Both the position numbers and the translations under genes were made by a program. The notes below the pieces were generated by a model. That model did not search any database. It saw only the letters and a list, made by a program, of their open reading frames with translations, and was not told the origin of the DNA. From Candidatus Obscuribacterales bacterium (GTDB lineage: Bacteria > Cyanobacteriota > Vampirovibrionia > Obscuribacterales > Obscuribacteraceae), in the NCBI GenBank assembly GCA_965228855.1, contig CBDDIJ010000003.1, forward strand, positions 192,001 to 256,000: a stretch of DNA of 64,000 nt, read 5' to 3'. This document shows, in pieces, positions 40,417 through 49,899 of this stretch (the stretch's first letter is position 1; each line of letters begins with the position of its first letter).

Positions 40417-41997
40417 ATGAATAGAACGCATATGCTCGAAAAGGTCTCCAGGCACGAGAAGCCCTGGGACATGCTCATTATCGGCGGCGGCGCCACCGGT
40501 GTCGGTATCGCGGTCGATGCTGCCTCCCGCGGCTACGATGTTTTGCTGCTTGAGCAGAGCGATTTCGGCAAGGGCACGTCGAGCCGCAGCACCAAGCTGG
40601 TGCACGGCGGTGTTCGATATTTAGAGCAAGGCAACATCTCGCTTGTGATGGAGGCGCTCAAAGAGCGCGGCTTGCTCCGGCAAAACGCACCGCATCTGGT
40701 TCACGACCTGGCATTCATCGTCCCGAACTATGACTGGTGGGAAGCTCCATTTTATGGAATGGGGCTCAAGGTCTACGATATGCTTGCCGGCAAGTTCGGT
40801 TTCGGCCAATCTAAGCTTTTAAACAGAAACGAGATTCTGGAAGAGATTCCAACTCTGAAGACTGATGGTCTGCGCGGTGGCGTGGTCTATTACGATGGTC
40901 AATTCGATGATTCTCGGCTGCTCATCAACCTCGCCGCCACTGCCGCCGAATACGGTGCGAAGTTGCTGAACTACGCGCAGGTGACCGCGCTGACCCGAGA
41001 CGGCGATGGATACGTGACCGGTGCTGTGGCGACCGACCTCGAAACGGGGCATGAACTCAAACTCTCCGCGAGAGTCGTCATCAACGCGACGGGCGCCTTC
41101 ACCGACAATGTCAGGCGCATGGCTGACCAGAACGTTCAGCCGATGATTTCGCCAAGTCAAGGTATCCATCTAGTTTTCGATAAGTCGATTATGCCTGGTG
41201 ACAGCGCAATCATGGTGCCGCATACGAGCGATGGGCGCGTGATGTTTGCGATTCCGTGGCACGACCATGTCGTGGTGGGAACGACCGATACGCCCATTGA
41301 AAGCGCGAGTTTGGACCCGGTGCCTTTCGAGCAAGAGATCGAATTCATATTGGAAACCGCCGGCGAGTACCTCAATAACCCGCCAAGCCGCGAGGATGTT
41401 TTGAGCGTTTTCGTTGGTATCAGACCACTGGTCAAAGGTGGTGCCGGCACTACCGCTGCGCTTTCGCGCGACCACGTGATCCATATCGACAACTCCGGGT
41501 TGCTCACCATAAGCGGTGGCAAATGGACAACATACAGGCACATGGCAGAGGATTGCGTCGACCATGCCGTCACGCTCGCCAGATTGGACGATAAACCGTG
41601 CATCACGCGAAACCTGAGAATTCATGGGTATCACGAGAATCCTGATTTGCTTGGAGACCTGGCGGTTTATGGCTCAGACGCGCTTGAGATTCAAGAAATA
41701 GCCCATGATGACAAGTCGCTTGCCGAAAGGTTGCACCCGGCGCTTCCATATATAGGTGCGGAGGTTGTTTATGCTGTTCGCCAGGAAATGGCGCGAACGG
41801 TCGACGATTTCCTGTCGCGCCGCGTGCGGGCGCTGTTTTTAAACGCCGAGGCGTCAGTTGCCATGGCGCCGACAGTGGCGAAACTCATGGCGGCGGAACT
41901 GAAGCGCGACGACGCCTGGGTGGATGATCAGGTCGCTGAGTTCAAACAGCTCGCCGCGAAGTATTCAATTACGAGCGCGTTGACCACCAAGATATAG
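40417..41997 (+). CDS. glpD: FAD-dependent glycerol-3-phosphate dehydrogenase/oxidase
   Basis: IIGGGATG, GTSSRSTKLVHGGVRYL, GGKWTTYR; ATG at 40417 preferred over TTG at 40390. Confidence 0.93.
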   Translation: MNRTHMLEKVSRHEKPWDMLIIGGGATGVGIAVDAASRGYDVLLLEQSDFGKGTSSRSTKLVHGGVRYLEQGNISLVMEALKERGLLRQNAPHLVHDLAFIVPNYDWWEAPFYGMGLKVYDMLAGKFGFGQSKLLNRNEILEEIPTLKTDGLRGGVVYYDGQFDDSRLLINLAATAAEYGAKLLNYAQVTALTRDGDGYVTGAVATDLETGHELKLSARVVINATGAFTDNVRRMADQNVQPMISPSQGIHLVFDKSIMPGDSAIMVPHTSDGRVMFAIPWHDHVVVGTTDTPIESASLDPVPFEQEIEFILETAGEYLNNPPSREDVLSVFVGIRPLVKGGAGTTAALSRDHVIHIDNSGLLTISGGKWTTYRHMAEDCVDHAVTLARLDDKPCITRNLRIHGYHENPDLLGDLAVYGSDALEIQEIAHDDKSLAERLHPALPYIGAEVVYAVRQEMARTVDDFLSRRVRALFLNAEASVAMAPTVAKLMAAELKRDDAWVDDQVAEFKQLAAKYSITSALTTKI

Positions 41998-42073
41998 ACG
42001 TGGTTTTGGTTGGATCTCTTGGAATCAAGCTGCGCGGGCTCTGTAACTTTCCATTATCAAGCGGTTGACCGGG

Positions 42074-42102
42074 GTGCAATATCGCCCGAGATTCCATATA
42101 AT
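42074..42102 (+). promoter_or_regulatory. Sigma70-type promoter of the tRNA
   Basis: Perfect TATAAT at 42097-42102 with GTGCAA 17 bp upstream; 11 bp before the tRNA. Confidence 0.55.
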
Positions 42103-42113
42103 AGGAAACCCTT

Positions 42114-42185
<72 letters not shown>

Positions 42186-42254
42186 TCTGTTTTTCAATTC
42201 ACCGATGTCTTTAGCTATTTAGAGGCGTTATGGTTTGCGCATAACGAAGTGCTC

Positions 42255-42510
42255 TTAGACATCGAGCGCTTCATCGAAACCGCACTGCTCATAGCGCTCG
42301 ATGATTTTGTATCCGGTCTTTCGTGAAATACCAAATTCACGACACAGCGAACTCATGTCCTCACCATCTTTGTGGCGAATAACGAAACGTATTCTCTCGT
42401 CCAAAACAGAACTCTCCTTCCACGGCATCCACCTCGGTCCTCGTTAAGAAAACGCAAAAGTGTAACCTATGTCTCCTGAACGATCTGTTACCTATGTCTC
42501 GGGCCACTCA
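42255..42510 (-). mobile_element. IS481-family remnant: one end plus a truncated 57-aa transposase N-terminus (42255-42428)
   Basis: Translated by hand: MPWKESSVLDERIRFVIRHKDGEDMSSLCREFGISRKTGYKIIERY...*; the end carries tandem TGTWACCTATGTCTC sites (42461-42475, 42486-42500). Confidence 0.85.
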
Positions 42511-42528
42511 AGCATCGCACTTTCTTTG

Positions 42529-42548
42529 TGGGCCCCTTTTGGGCCCCT
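42529..42548. repeat. Tandem TGGGCCCCT motifs, putative integrase arm-type sites (third copy at 50900-50908)
   Basis: Identical 9-mers at 42529-42537, 42540-42548 and 50900-50908, just inside both island ends. Confidence 0.55.
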
Positions 42549-42836
42549 CTTGAGGAACGCGACGTGCTGATTAAATTTATTGTGGAAAGCGGGTCGGTAA
42601 TCAGGGGGACTGCGTTCGCTTCGACTTTGCTAAGCGACTATGAATGTTTTCCGACCGAATTAGTTTGCTCTACAAATGTTCCGCTGGTACCACCTGTGGT
42701 GTGGCTTGGTGCTCCGCTTGAAATTTGGTAACAGTCAAACAACAAGGTGGGACTTTGGTATCACTTTTATTGCTTGCATTTCGGTTCGAACAGGACAAAG
42801 AATGTCGGCACAAGACCGGAATGCTAGTTCCATTCA

Positions 42837-42885
<49 letters not shown>

Positions 42886-42965
42886 GACACTGAACGCAAC
42901 ACTGTCTGCAAAATCTTCGCGACACCAATAACGGTGGCATTGACTCGGATTAACTTATAAATTGG

Positions 42966-43005
42966 ACGCGCGCTGATTGAAAATTTCAACGGTCTCAGCG
43001 CGCGT
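42966..43005. other. Inverted repeat / hairpin with an internal palindrome
   Basis: Perfect 11-bp stem ACGCGCGCTGA/TCAGCGCGCGT enclosing TTGAAAATTTCAA. Confidence 0.75.
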
Positions 43006-43052
43006 AATTGTAACTCAGGATACCTGTATCAGACTCAACGGATTTTGCTCCG

Positions 43053-43089
43053 GTAGTAGTGTAGTAGTAGTAGTAGTAGTAGTAGTAGT
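43053..43089. repeat. Interrupted (GTA)n microsatellite
   Basis: GTAGTAGT followed by (GTA)9GT. Confidence 0.92.
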
Positions 43090-43195
43090 GTCGGTCATAG
43101 CTTCGGAACTGTCGTTCGGCGAGATGATGTACCCCTGGAATTATCCAGGTAAACTAGCCCAGATGGGTGAGGTATAAAATTCTCGCATGTGGTAA

Positions 43196-43912
43196 ATGGA
43201 TTGGAGTAGTCCCGATATACCTGCTATTGACACCATGAGTGAACAAATGGCTAAACCTTTAGACCTCCCAAGTAAGCACTTCCCGACGAAAACGGCCGCA
43301 ACAAAATTTTTTAGCGAAATGCTGAGCCGATATGACGATGGCGATGAGATATCGGATGAGGATGGGGAATTGCTGTTTGAATTACTACAAAGGCATCCTG
43401 AAGTTGAATCAAAATTAGGAGCATCGGGGGTGCGCCGATTTTATAAAGATAGAACGGAAATGGGTACAAGTGGTTTTTTTCTTGAGCGTTACGATGGCAG
43501 CGTGACGGACTTTTCACTTAAATCATGTATTGATGGAAGAGCTCCCTCACAAGAGCAGGAATTTTCACAAGCGTGCAGAGAGGCGGTGTCAAAAAAATTG
43601 ACCGCCCAAAAAAGTGAGTTGTTTAGCAAGTCGGGTGGGACATTGCGATGCGCTGTTACCGGTGAACTTGTAACAATTTCGAATTCGGAATATCAACACG
43701 ACATGCCCACCTTTAAAGAATTAGTCGAGTCATTTATCGAAGCAAACCAAATTGACGTTAGCAGCGTCGAGATTTCTAAAAGCAAAGATATGCAGTTCAT
43801 AGCGTCGTTCATTGACCCGAAGGTTTCTGAGTCTTTTAGGTCATTCCACGAGGCAAACGCAAAAATGATTGTGACGAAGAAGTTCTTTCGGAGAACAGCG
43901 AGTAAGGAATGA
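43196..43912 (+). CDS. hamC: DUF3223 (DCL-like) protein, HamC-like; start may be 43247 (MAKPLDLP)
   Basis: LLQRHPEVESKLG..GV....GFFLERYDGSVTDFSLKSCI is the DUF3223 signature; lies directly upstream of hamAB. Confidence 0.75.
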   Translation: MDWSSPDIPAIDTMSEQMAKPLDLPSKHFPTKTAATKFFSEMLSRYDDGDEISDEDGELLFELLQRHPEVESKLGASGVRRFYKDRTEMGTSGFFLERYDGSVTDFSLKSCIDGRAPSQEQEFSQACREAVSKKLTAQKSELFSKSGGTLRCAVTGELVTISNSEYQHDMPTFKELVESFIEANQIDVSSVEISKSKDMQFIASFIDPKVSESFRSFHEANAKMIVTKKFFRRTASKE

Positions 43913-43937
43913 ACTAGCTAGCTTATCTGGAAGGAAA

Positions 43938-44732
43938 ATGACTGAAGACAATTTTCCAATTAAGAACGCAGAGGCAGTCACCGAGCCGTATTGGGATGCG
44001 TGGCTAAACATGCACGCTGATAAAAATGTGATTGTCTTCTCTGAGAAAATTGGAGCTCGAGACTCTCAGAGAAGAGCGATCATTAAGGCTGTTGCAGATC
44101 ATTTTACGAGCATTCATCGGCTGGAGGCCGCTATTTCCCGATTGGGATTCGCCCGCTCAGTTAGCGTACTGCGGAATTCAATACCGTCAGATATCAAAAT
44201 TCAGTCCGGTGATCTCGGGGAAATTCTCTGCACGGAATACATAATTCAAAAGACGAAGTTTCGAGTTCCTGTCAAGAAGCTTCGATGGAAGGATGATCGT
44301 AATTTAGCGATGAGAGGAAATGATGTTCTTGCTTTTGGTCTGAGGCAGACCCGAAAATTAGTTTTAAAAGTTGAGTCTAAAAGTCGTGCGAGCTTACATG
44401 CGAGTACGATTGTGGAAGCTGAAGAAGGGCTATTTAAAAATGATGGGCGGCCGAATCCAAGCTCGATCGCGTTTATTGTGAACAGGCTTGAAGAAGAGGG
44501 ACGATATGCTGAATCTGACTTCGTATCGTCACTCCTACAGAATGATTTTTCTCTGAAGAACATTGAGCATATGATTTTTGTTCTGTCGGGAACGCCACCT
44601 AAGAAGGTGTTTGATAAATGTCAAACAGAAAATCAGAAAGGCATCACACGATTTTTGGTGGGGGTGCACGTTGAAGGACATCAGGACTTTGTCGCGCAAA
44701 TATTCTCGGAGTGCGTAAATGGAGCGTTTTGA
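43938..44732 (+). CDS. hamA: Hachiman HamA (DUF1837) PD-(D/E)xK-type nuclease
   Basis: SGDLGEIL, KLRWKDDRNLAMRGND, LKVESKSR; overlaps the helicase start. Confidence 0.85.
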   Translation: MTEDNFPIKNAEAVTEPYWDAWLNMHADKNVIVFSEKIGARDSQRRAIIKAVADHFTSIHRLEAAISRLGFARSVSVLRNSIPSDIKIQSGDLGEILCTEYIIQKTKFRVPVKKLRWKDDRNLAMRGNDVLAFGLRQTRKLVLKVESKSRASLHASTIVEAEEGLFKNDGRPNPSSIAFIVNRLEEEGRYAESDFVSSLLQNDFSLKNIEHMIFVLSGTPPKKVFDKCQTENQKGITRFLVGVHVEGHQDFVAQIFSECVNGAF

Positions 44733-47700
44733 ACAGCTTTCAGATTCTCTGCGACAACTCACGTCACAAAGTGCCCGCGATAACCTCTTGGCTAAAGGGC
44801 TTTCGAGGGGGCTAATTTGGAATCAAGGGATTTTGCCGGATGGAGCTCCCAATTACGGTCCTCTACTTACCGGAAATTTGTTGGATTATGGTTATTCAAT
44901 CCTGACGAAAGCAATTCACCTTTTAACTTCAGGCAAAGAGACGATCCTCGCTAAAGAATCAATGCGGTATGCTGCGGAATGTATTGAATCGGCGGTTCGG
45001 CGAGGTCCATCTGAAACTCTAAATGGATTCAACCTTTTAGTCTCCGCCAGCGCATTTCATATTGCGGGGTATGCTGCTCGTTCATATTGCCTCCTAGAGG
45101 GAGACATCGGAACGCAAAATCTGTCATCGATTGAGCGTTTTTTTAAATTGCTTCTTCGTAAGGAACTGGGCGAATTGCGAATTCGGTCGTATGAGTTTCT
45201 GCGCGTCGAAGCAAGTCAGGATGCCGGACTTTCCGAAGTCCTGTCAACGCCAGATTCGCAAAGGTCAATGGATATAGTTGACGTTTTGATTGTAGCCCTG
45301 TCTAGAAACTATGTAACTGCTGTTGCGGGCTTCGATTACGCACTGCGGTTTGGTGACAAGAGTGAGTTTACCAGCTCGCTAGCACTCCTTTCCTCGGGAC
45401 TAGAGAGCTGCAATCTGGCTGCGCATGTTCCGCAATGGTGGATTCACAAACTCACAATTCTGGTAATGGAGGATCTTTGGCAAAACACGCTGCATGAATG
45501 TCTTCCCGATCCACAGGGCGACCCTAACTGGTCAACAATTCGTCGGAAGTTTATCTCGGTTCAAGCTTCTCGAAACTTATCCGAAGTCGGTCTTTGGCCA
45601 TCGCAAATACAAGCGGCTCTTCGGACTTTTGATGAAACGGATGATTTGGTTGTATCCCTTCCAACAAGCGCGGGTAAAACTAAAATTGCAGAACTCTGTA
45701 TTCTCCGCTCGCTTTCCTTGGGAAAGCGAGCAATTTACGTTACACCACTTCGCGCCTTATCCGCACAAATTGAAAGGAGACTGGCGCGGTCATTTAGACC
45801 TCTAAATTTTAGCGTCTCATCACTCTACGGTGCGAGCGGAGTGGCGGGAATGGACATTAGCACTTTGAAAAAGGATCATGTTGTGGTGGCAACTCCGGAA
45901 AAGTTAGACTTCGCGCTCCGTCAGGACCCAAGCGTGTTGGATGACGTAGGGGTTGTTGTGCTCGACGAAGGTCATATGATCGGCTTAGGGAACCGCGAAA
46001 TACGTTACGAGGTGCTGGTCCAGCGACTACTAAGGCGGACGGACTCAGAGTACCGTCGAATTGTCTGCTTGTCTGCTATTTTCTCAAGCGGCGAATCTTT
46101 CCGTGACTTTACTGAATGGTTGCGATCTGACGCGGCCGGCACTGCGGTTCACTCTAGTTGGCAGCCGACTAGACGCAGAGTGGCTACTCTCCGATGGTTT
46201 GAACGAAGTGGCAAACTAGATTTTTACCAGGATGCTGATTTTGATGAGGCGTTCATCCCGCGATTTTTGACGCAGTCTACTCCGTCAAGAGGATTACGCA
46301 AATTGCCGTTTCCTCAGGATCAAGCTGAATTGACGATTAAGACAACATTTCGACTTGTTGAGTCCGGTCATAAGGTTTTGGTTTATTGCCCGCAAAAGAG
46401 ATACGTCGAATCGTTAGGGCGGCTAATCGTGAAGCTGTACAAGCAACACCTCATTCCCGATCTGCTGACCAATCGACAAGCAATTTCGAAAGCTGAAATT
46501 ATTGGACACGAATGGTTAGGAGAAAACCACATAGCTCTTCAATGTTTGCGACTCGGAATAGGAATTCATCATGGTTCTTTACCTAGACCATTTCTCGCTG
46601 AAGTGGAACAGTTGCTTGATATGAAAGCCTTACCGATAGTCATTGCGTCACCAACGATGGCGCAGGGTGTTGATCTAACTTGTAGCGCTATAGTTTTTCA
46701 TTCGATCTATTCCTTCGGAGATCGAGTAATGAGCAACGTGGATTACGCTAACGTGATCGGTCGCGTGGGTAGAGCATTCGTTGATATAGACGGTTTAGTT
46801 GTTTTTCCGCTTTTTAGACCAAAGATTACTAAGCTTAGACAATTAGATCGGCTGGTCACGAGCGTTGATAAACGTGATATGGAAAGCGGTTTAGTGCAGC
46901 TCATCGAGAGTCTGATTTTTAGATTACAAAGGCACTTCAATTTTGATAGCGCTGAATTCATCGACTACATACTCAATTCGCACCAGTTCTCCTGGCGCGT
47001 GGACGAAGAAACTGAAGAAGAAGAAACGCCGTTCTCAGAACTCTTGGATAGCTTCGACAATGCAATATTGTCCACGATAGAGGATTTGGATACAGACGTT
47101 CACAATTTAGCCGCATTACTTGATCAAGCGCTTCATCAGAGCCTTTGGGAGAGAAGAGCAGGACGCAAAGGTGATGAATTTTTATCGAGGCAGCGGGCAA
47201 TGTTGATTGCGCGTTCGAATTGGATTTGGACCAACTCTTCAGGATCGCAGAGAAGAGGTTTCTTTTCCGCGGGTATTGGATTCCAAGCCGGTCAGGTAAT
47301 TGACCAAAATCTCAATGCGCTGGTGTCATTACTGTTAGCGGCTGACAATGCGCTGGCAACCGGTGACATCGAATTGTACTCAACCTCGCTCCAAGCCTTC
47401 GCCGATATCGTCCTTGAACAATATCCTTTTTCTAGATCTAACAGAACAGCAAAATGGAAATCGGTTCTTCAGTTTTGGTTGACTGGAGCTTCGCTCGCTC
47501 CATTGAATGGAGAGACTGACTTGATTGCCTGCATACAAGAAGATTTCGTTTATCGTCTAGTCTGGGCACTGGAAGCCGTTCGAACTTATGCGCGCGAGCA
47601 AGGACTATTACAACTCGATTCGCTTTCTGGAAATCTACCATTGACGGTAATGTATGGAGTACCTTCGAAAGCTGCCGCTACTCTGCAGAAGGTGGGATTA

Positions 47701-48084
47701 CCATCAAGACTTACGGCGCAAAAACTTTTGCTTCTGTATCCAGCACCCCAGCTGGAAAGTTTTTTTGATGTACATCAATGGATATCACAGATTGAGGTAA
47801 ATCCGTTCGCCAGCGAGGACAGCGAATTTAGACTATTTGAGGACTTTGTTTCGGAGTTTCGCGATAAGGATTTTTTTGAGTCACGCGAGAAAACCTGGAG
47901 ACTAACTTTATCTGGTCTATCTGGTAGCAAAGTAAACTTTGTTCCAGATGGAGAGAATACGATTTTGGTTTCGAGCACCATGGATTTTCTTGGTCGGTTT
48001 AAGCTTGACGTCCGCAACTTAGCAATTTTTGAAGTTCAACAAAACATTGAAGACGAACTTATCGTGCGTTCCTTAAGAATATAG
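44719..48084 (+). CDS. hamB: Hachiman HamB Ski2-like SF2 helicase
   Basis: LPTSAGKT, TPEK, DEGH, LSA, IHHGSL, TMAQGVDL, NVIGRVGRA; long helical N-terminus; 14-bp overlap with hamA. Confidence 0.88.
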   Translation: MERFEQLSDSLRQLTSQSARDNLLAKGLSRGLIWNQGILPDGAPNYGPLLTGNLLDYGYSILTKAIHLLTSGKETILAKESMRYAAECIESAVRRGPSETLNGFNLLVSASAFHIAGYAARSYCLLEGDIGTQNLSSIERFFKLLLRKELGELRIRSYEFLRVEASQDAGLSEVLSTPDSQRSMDIVDVLIVALSRNYVTAVAGFDYALRFGDKSEFTSSLALLSSGLESCNLAAHVPQWWIHKLTILVMEDLWQNTLHECLPDPQGDPNWSTIRRKFISVQASRNLSEVGLWPSQIQAALRTFDETDDLVVSLPTSAGKTKIAELCILRSLSLGKRAIYVTPLRALSAQIERRLARSFRPLNFSVSSLYGASGVAGMDISTLKKDHVVVATPEKLDFALRQDPSVLDDVGVVVLDEGHMIGLGNREIRYEVLVQRLLRRTDSEYRRIVCLSAIFSSGESFRDFTEWLRSDAAGTAVHSSWQPTRRRVATLRWFERSGKLDFYQDADFDEAFIPRFLTQSTPSRGLRKLPFPQDQAELTIKTTFRLVESGHKVLVYCPQKRYVESLGRLIVKLYKQHLIPDLLTNRQAISKAEIIGHEWLGENHIALQCLRLGIGIHHGSLPRPFLAEVEQLLDMKALPIVIASPTMAQGVDLTCSAIVFHSIYSFGDRVMSNVDYANVIGRVGRAFVDIDGLVVFPLFRPKITKLRQLDRLVTSVDKRDMESGLVQLIESLIFRLQRHFNFDSAEFIDYILNSHQFSWRVDEETEEEETPFSELLDSFDNAILSTIEDLDTDVHNLAALLDQALHQSLWERRAGRKGDEFLSRQRAMLIARSNWIWTNSSGSQRRGFFSAGIGFQAGQVIDQNLNALVSLLLAADNALATGDIELYSTSLQAFADIVLEQYPFSRSNRTAKWKSVLQFWLTGASLAPLNGETDLIACIQEDFVYRLVWALEAVRTYAREQGLLQLDSLSGNLPLTVMYGVPSKAAATLQKVGLPSRLTAQKLLLLYPAPQLESFFDVHQWISQIEVNPFASEDSEFRLFEDFVSEFRDKDFFESREKTWRLTLSGLSGSKVNFVPDGENTILVSSTMDFLGRFKLDVRNLAIFEVQQNIEDELIVRSLRI

Positions 48085-48098
48085 AGGGAGGAGGCGTT

Positions 48099-48464
48099 AT
48101 GACAGAAGAACAGCCGCTGTTTGGAACTACGTCTAAGTTTTCTCAAGCATATCCGGAAATCAAAACGTTAAAAATTACTGTCGCTCAAGATGCAGCTGGC
48201 TACTACAGCCGCGGTAACCATCGACAGTCCAGTACGTTCAATGAATCAAATGTGAGAGGCAAGCTGCAATGCTGCAACTCTGCCTGCCAACGTGGCGGGA
48301 TCAACCTAGATAGTTTCATTCGACGAGCGACAAGGGATAGAGCCGCGGAGCTGTCAGATTCGGCTGTTTGCTGTGGAGACGAGGGCTCACCTAAAGGTAA
48401 AAGGGAAGGAAAACCCTGCATGAATTTCTTCGAAATCACGGCAGAGATCACTTATCGTGATTGA
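48099..48464 (+). CDS. Small Cys-rich hypothetical protein (putative Zn-binding)
   Basis: Strong RBS GGAGGAGG, 14 bp after the hamB stop; CCNSACQRGG, CCGDEGSPKG, PCMNFF. Confidence 0.75.
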   Translation: MTEEQPLFGTTSKFSQAYPEIKTLKITVAQDAAGYYSRGNHRQSSTFNESNVRGKLQCCNSACQRGGINLDSFIRRATRDRAAELSDSAVCCGDEGSPKGKREGKPCMNFFEITAEITYRD

Positions 48465-48640
48465 TTTAGCCGCTTCGAGTATCGGAAAACAAAATGAAAA
48501 GGACGATTCTTTGCCTGATGCTACTGCCGCCAATCAAGGACGGCAAGTTTGATCATTGATTACAGGCTGGACCACTGGGCAAGCGCGATGATTTACTGTA
48601 AATTCATGCTCGTAAATCAAACTCGCAGCGCGGGGGGGTA

Positions 48641-49492
48641 ATGTCTTCAGAATTCAACGATGAGGTCGAAAGCGTCACTTTTGATGAGTGTCAAGCGTTC
48701 TTCATCACGTGGCTGCAAAACAAACTTAACACCGGCAATTGGATGGGTGGTGGCGACTATGATTTTACGCTCAGCCAAGTCTTTGAATCGTTCCTGTCGA
48801 AACGAGGACTGCAGCCACAAAGTGATTGGCAGAAAAGTTTTGTTCAAGGACGCATTGGAAAAAGGTTTCAAGATGCCGCATGGTCATTGGCAATCAGAGG
48901 AGTAGTCAGACCAACCCGGTCTACACTTCTGCAAACCGTTGTACAGACCCACGTTTTTGAGGGGTACTCACTCACCAACGCCGGAATGAGCTGGCTAAAA
49001 AACGAGGGTACAAGCCTTGTCGCTCAAGGTCCTCAACAGATGATAGTCGTGTTTTCGCAGTTTGAAGAAATTTTTGGAAGCGAGTATTTCTTGAGAGCTC
49101 GTGAGGCCGTCAATTCGTTCAATGGACATTGCTACCTTGCGTGTTGCGTAATGTGTGGCGCAGCGGCCGAAGCCATACTACTTTCATTAGCCTCCGCATC
49201 ATACAGTAGCCGCGCTGAAGCCGAAAAAATTTATTTTGGAAAATCTGGGCGCGACAGAATATTCAGGAGGCTTACAGATCAAAAATCTAACTCTGTGCAG
49301 ACGGCGATCGGCAGTGCCTTTAGCATCTTGAAACACTGGCGCGACGAATCATCGCACGGCGCTACGACTGATTCCAGCCGAGACCAAGCAGAAGTGGCAC
49401 TTCGGACGCTCTTAGCTTTCGCTCAAACAGCAGAAAAAAATCGAGATTTTTTGATTAAACCACCCAGTAGCAGTTCACAAAATCAACAGTAA
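48641..49492 (+). CDS. Hypothetical protein with C-terminal HEPN-like (DUF4145-like) domain
   Basis: EAVNSF..CYLACCVMCGAAAEAIL helix and WRDESSHG (Rx4H) motif. Confidence 0.65.
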   Translation: MSSEFNDEVESVTFDECQAFFITWLQNKLNTGNWMGGGDYDFTLSQVFESFLSKRGLQPQSDWQKSFVQGRIGKRFQDAAWSLAIRGVVRPTRSTLLQTVVQTHVFEGYSLTNAGMSWLKNEGTSLVAQGPQQMIVVFSQFEEIFGSEYFLRAREAVNSFNGHCYLACCVMCGAAAEAILLSLASASYSSRAEAEKIYFGKSGRDRIFRRLTDQKSNSVQTAIGSAFSILKHWRDESSHGATTDSSRDQAEVALRTLLAFAQTAEKNRDFLIKPPSSSSQNQQ

Positions 49493-49663
49493 GCCACGAC
49501 TAGCCTGCTAGGTTGGTCTTCAAGGCCACTCTGCAAACGCTCCTGATTTGCACTTCATACTGTTGTTGAAAATTTATGAGTTTCTTCAAGCTAAAACCAC
49601 CGACACTTTGCCCCAATTATTTGACCCTCAAAATGTTGCCATGCTTCGAAATCGTGATCTATC

Positions 49664-49809
49664 AAATTTGACATGGGACCCCTGGCGTCCGCTATTCGGC
49701 AGCCGCCGCAGCGAGCGTGCGCGCCAGTCTTGCTCGAATGCAAAATTTGTTCGGCGCGCTCGTGGCTGCGGGCAGTCCAGCTTAGCAGACGCCGAACCAT
49801 GTCAAATTT
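49664..49809. other. Long nested imperfect palindrome (rod-like RNA/ssDNA structure)
   Basis: AAATTTGACATGG/CCATGTCAAATTT (13 bp perfect), GGCGTCCGCTA/TAGCAGACGCC, CCGCAGC/GCTGCGG, GCGCGCC/GGCGCGC nested pairs. Confidence 0.75.
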
Positions 49810-49899
49810 CTAGACCAGCATCGAGATCCGGTAGCACCGCAGTTAGTACTACCGTTCTTTATGTTTTTCTTGAGATTTACACTTGCGCAGAATCGATTG

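Noticed and set aside
49664..49809. Integron attC site or retron msr-msd
   Set aside because: No RYYYAAC/GTTRRRY ends, the integrase is P4-like rather than IntI, and there is no reverse transcriptase in the window
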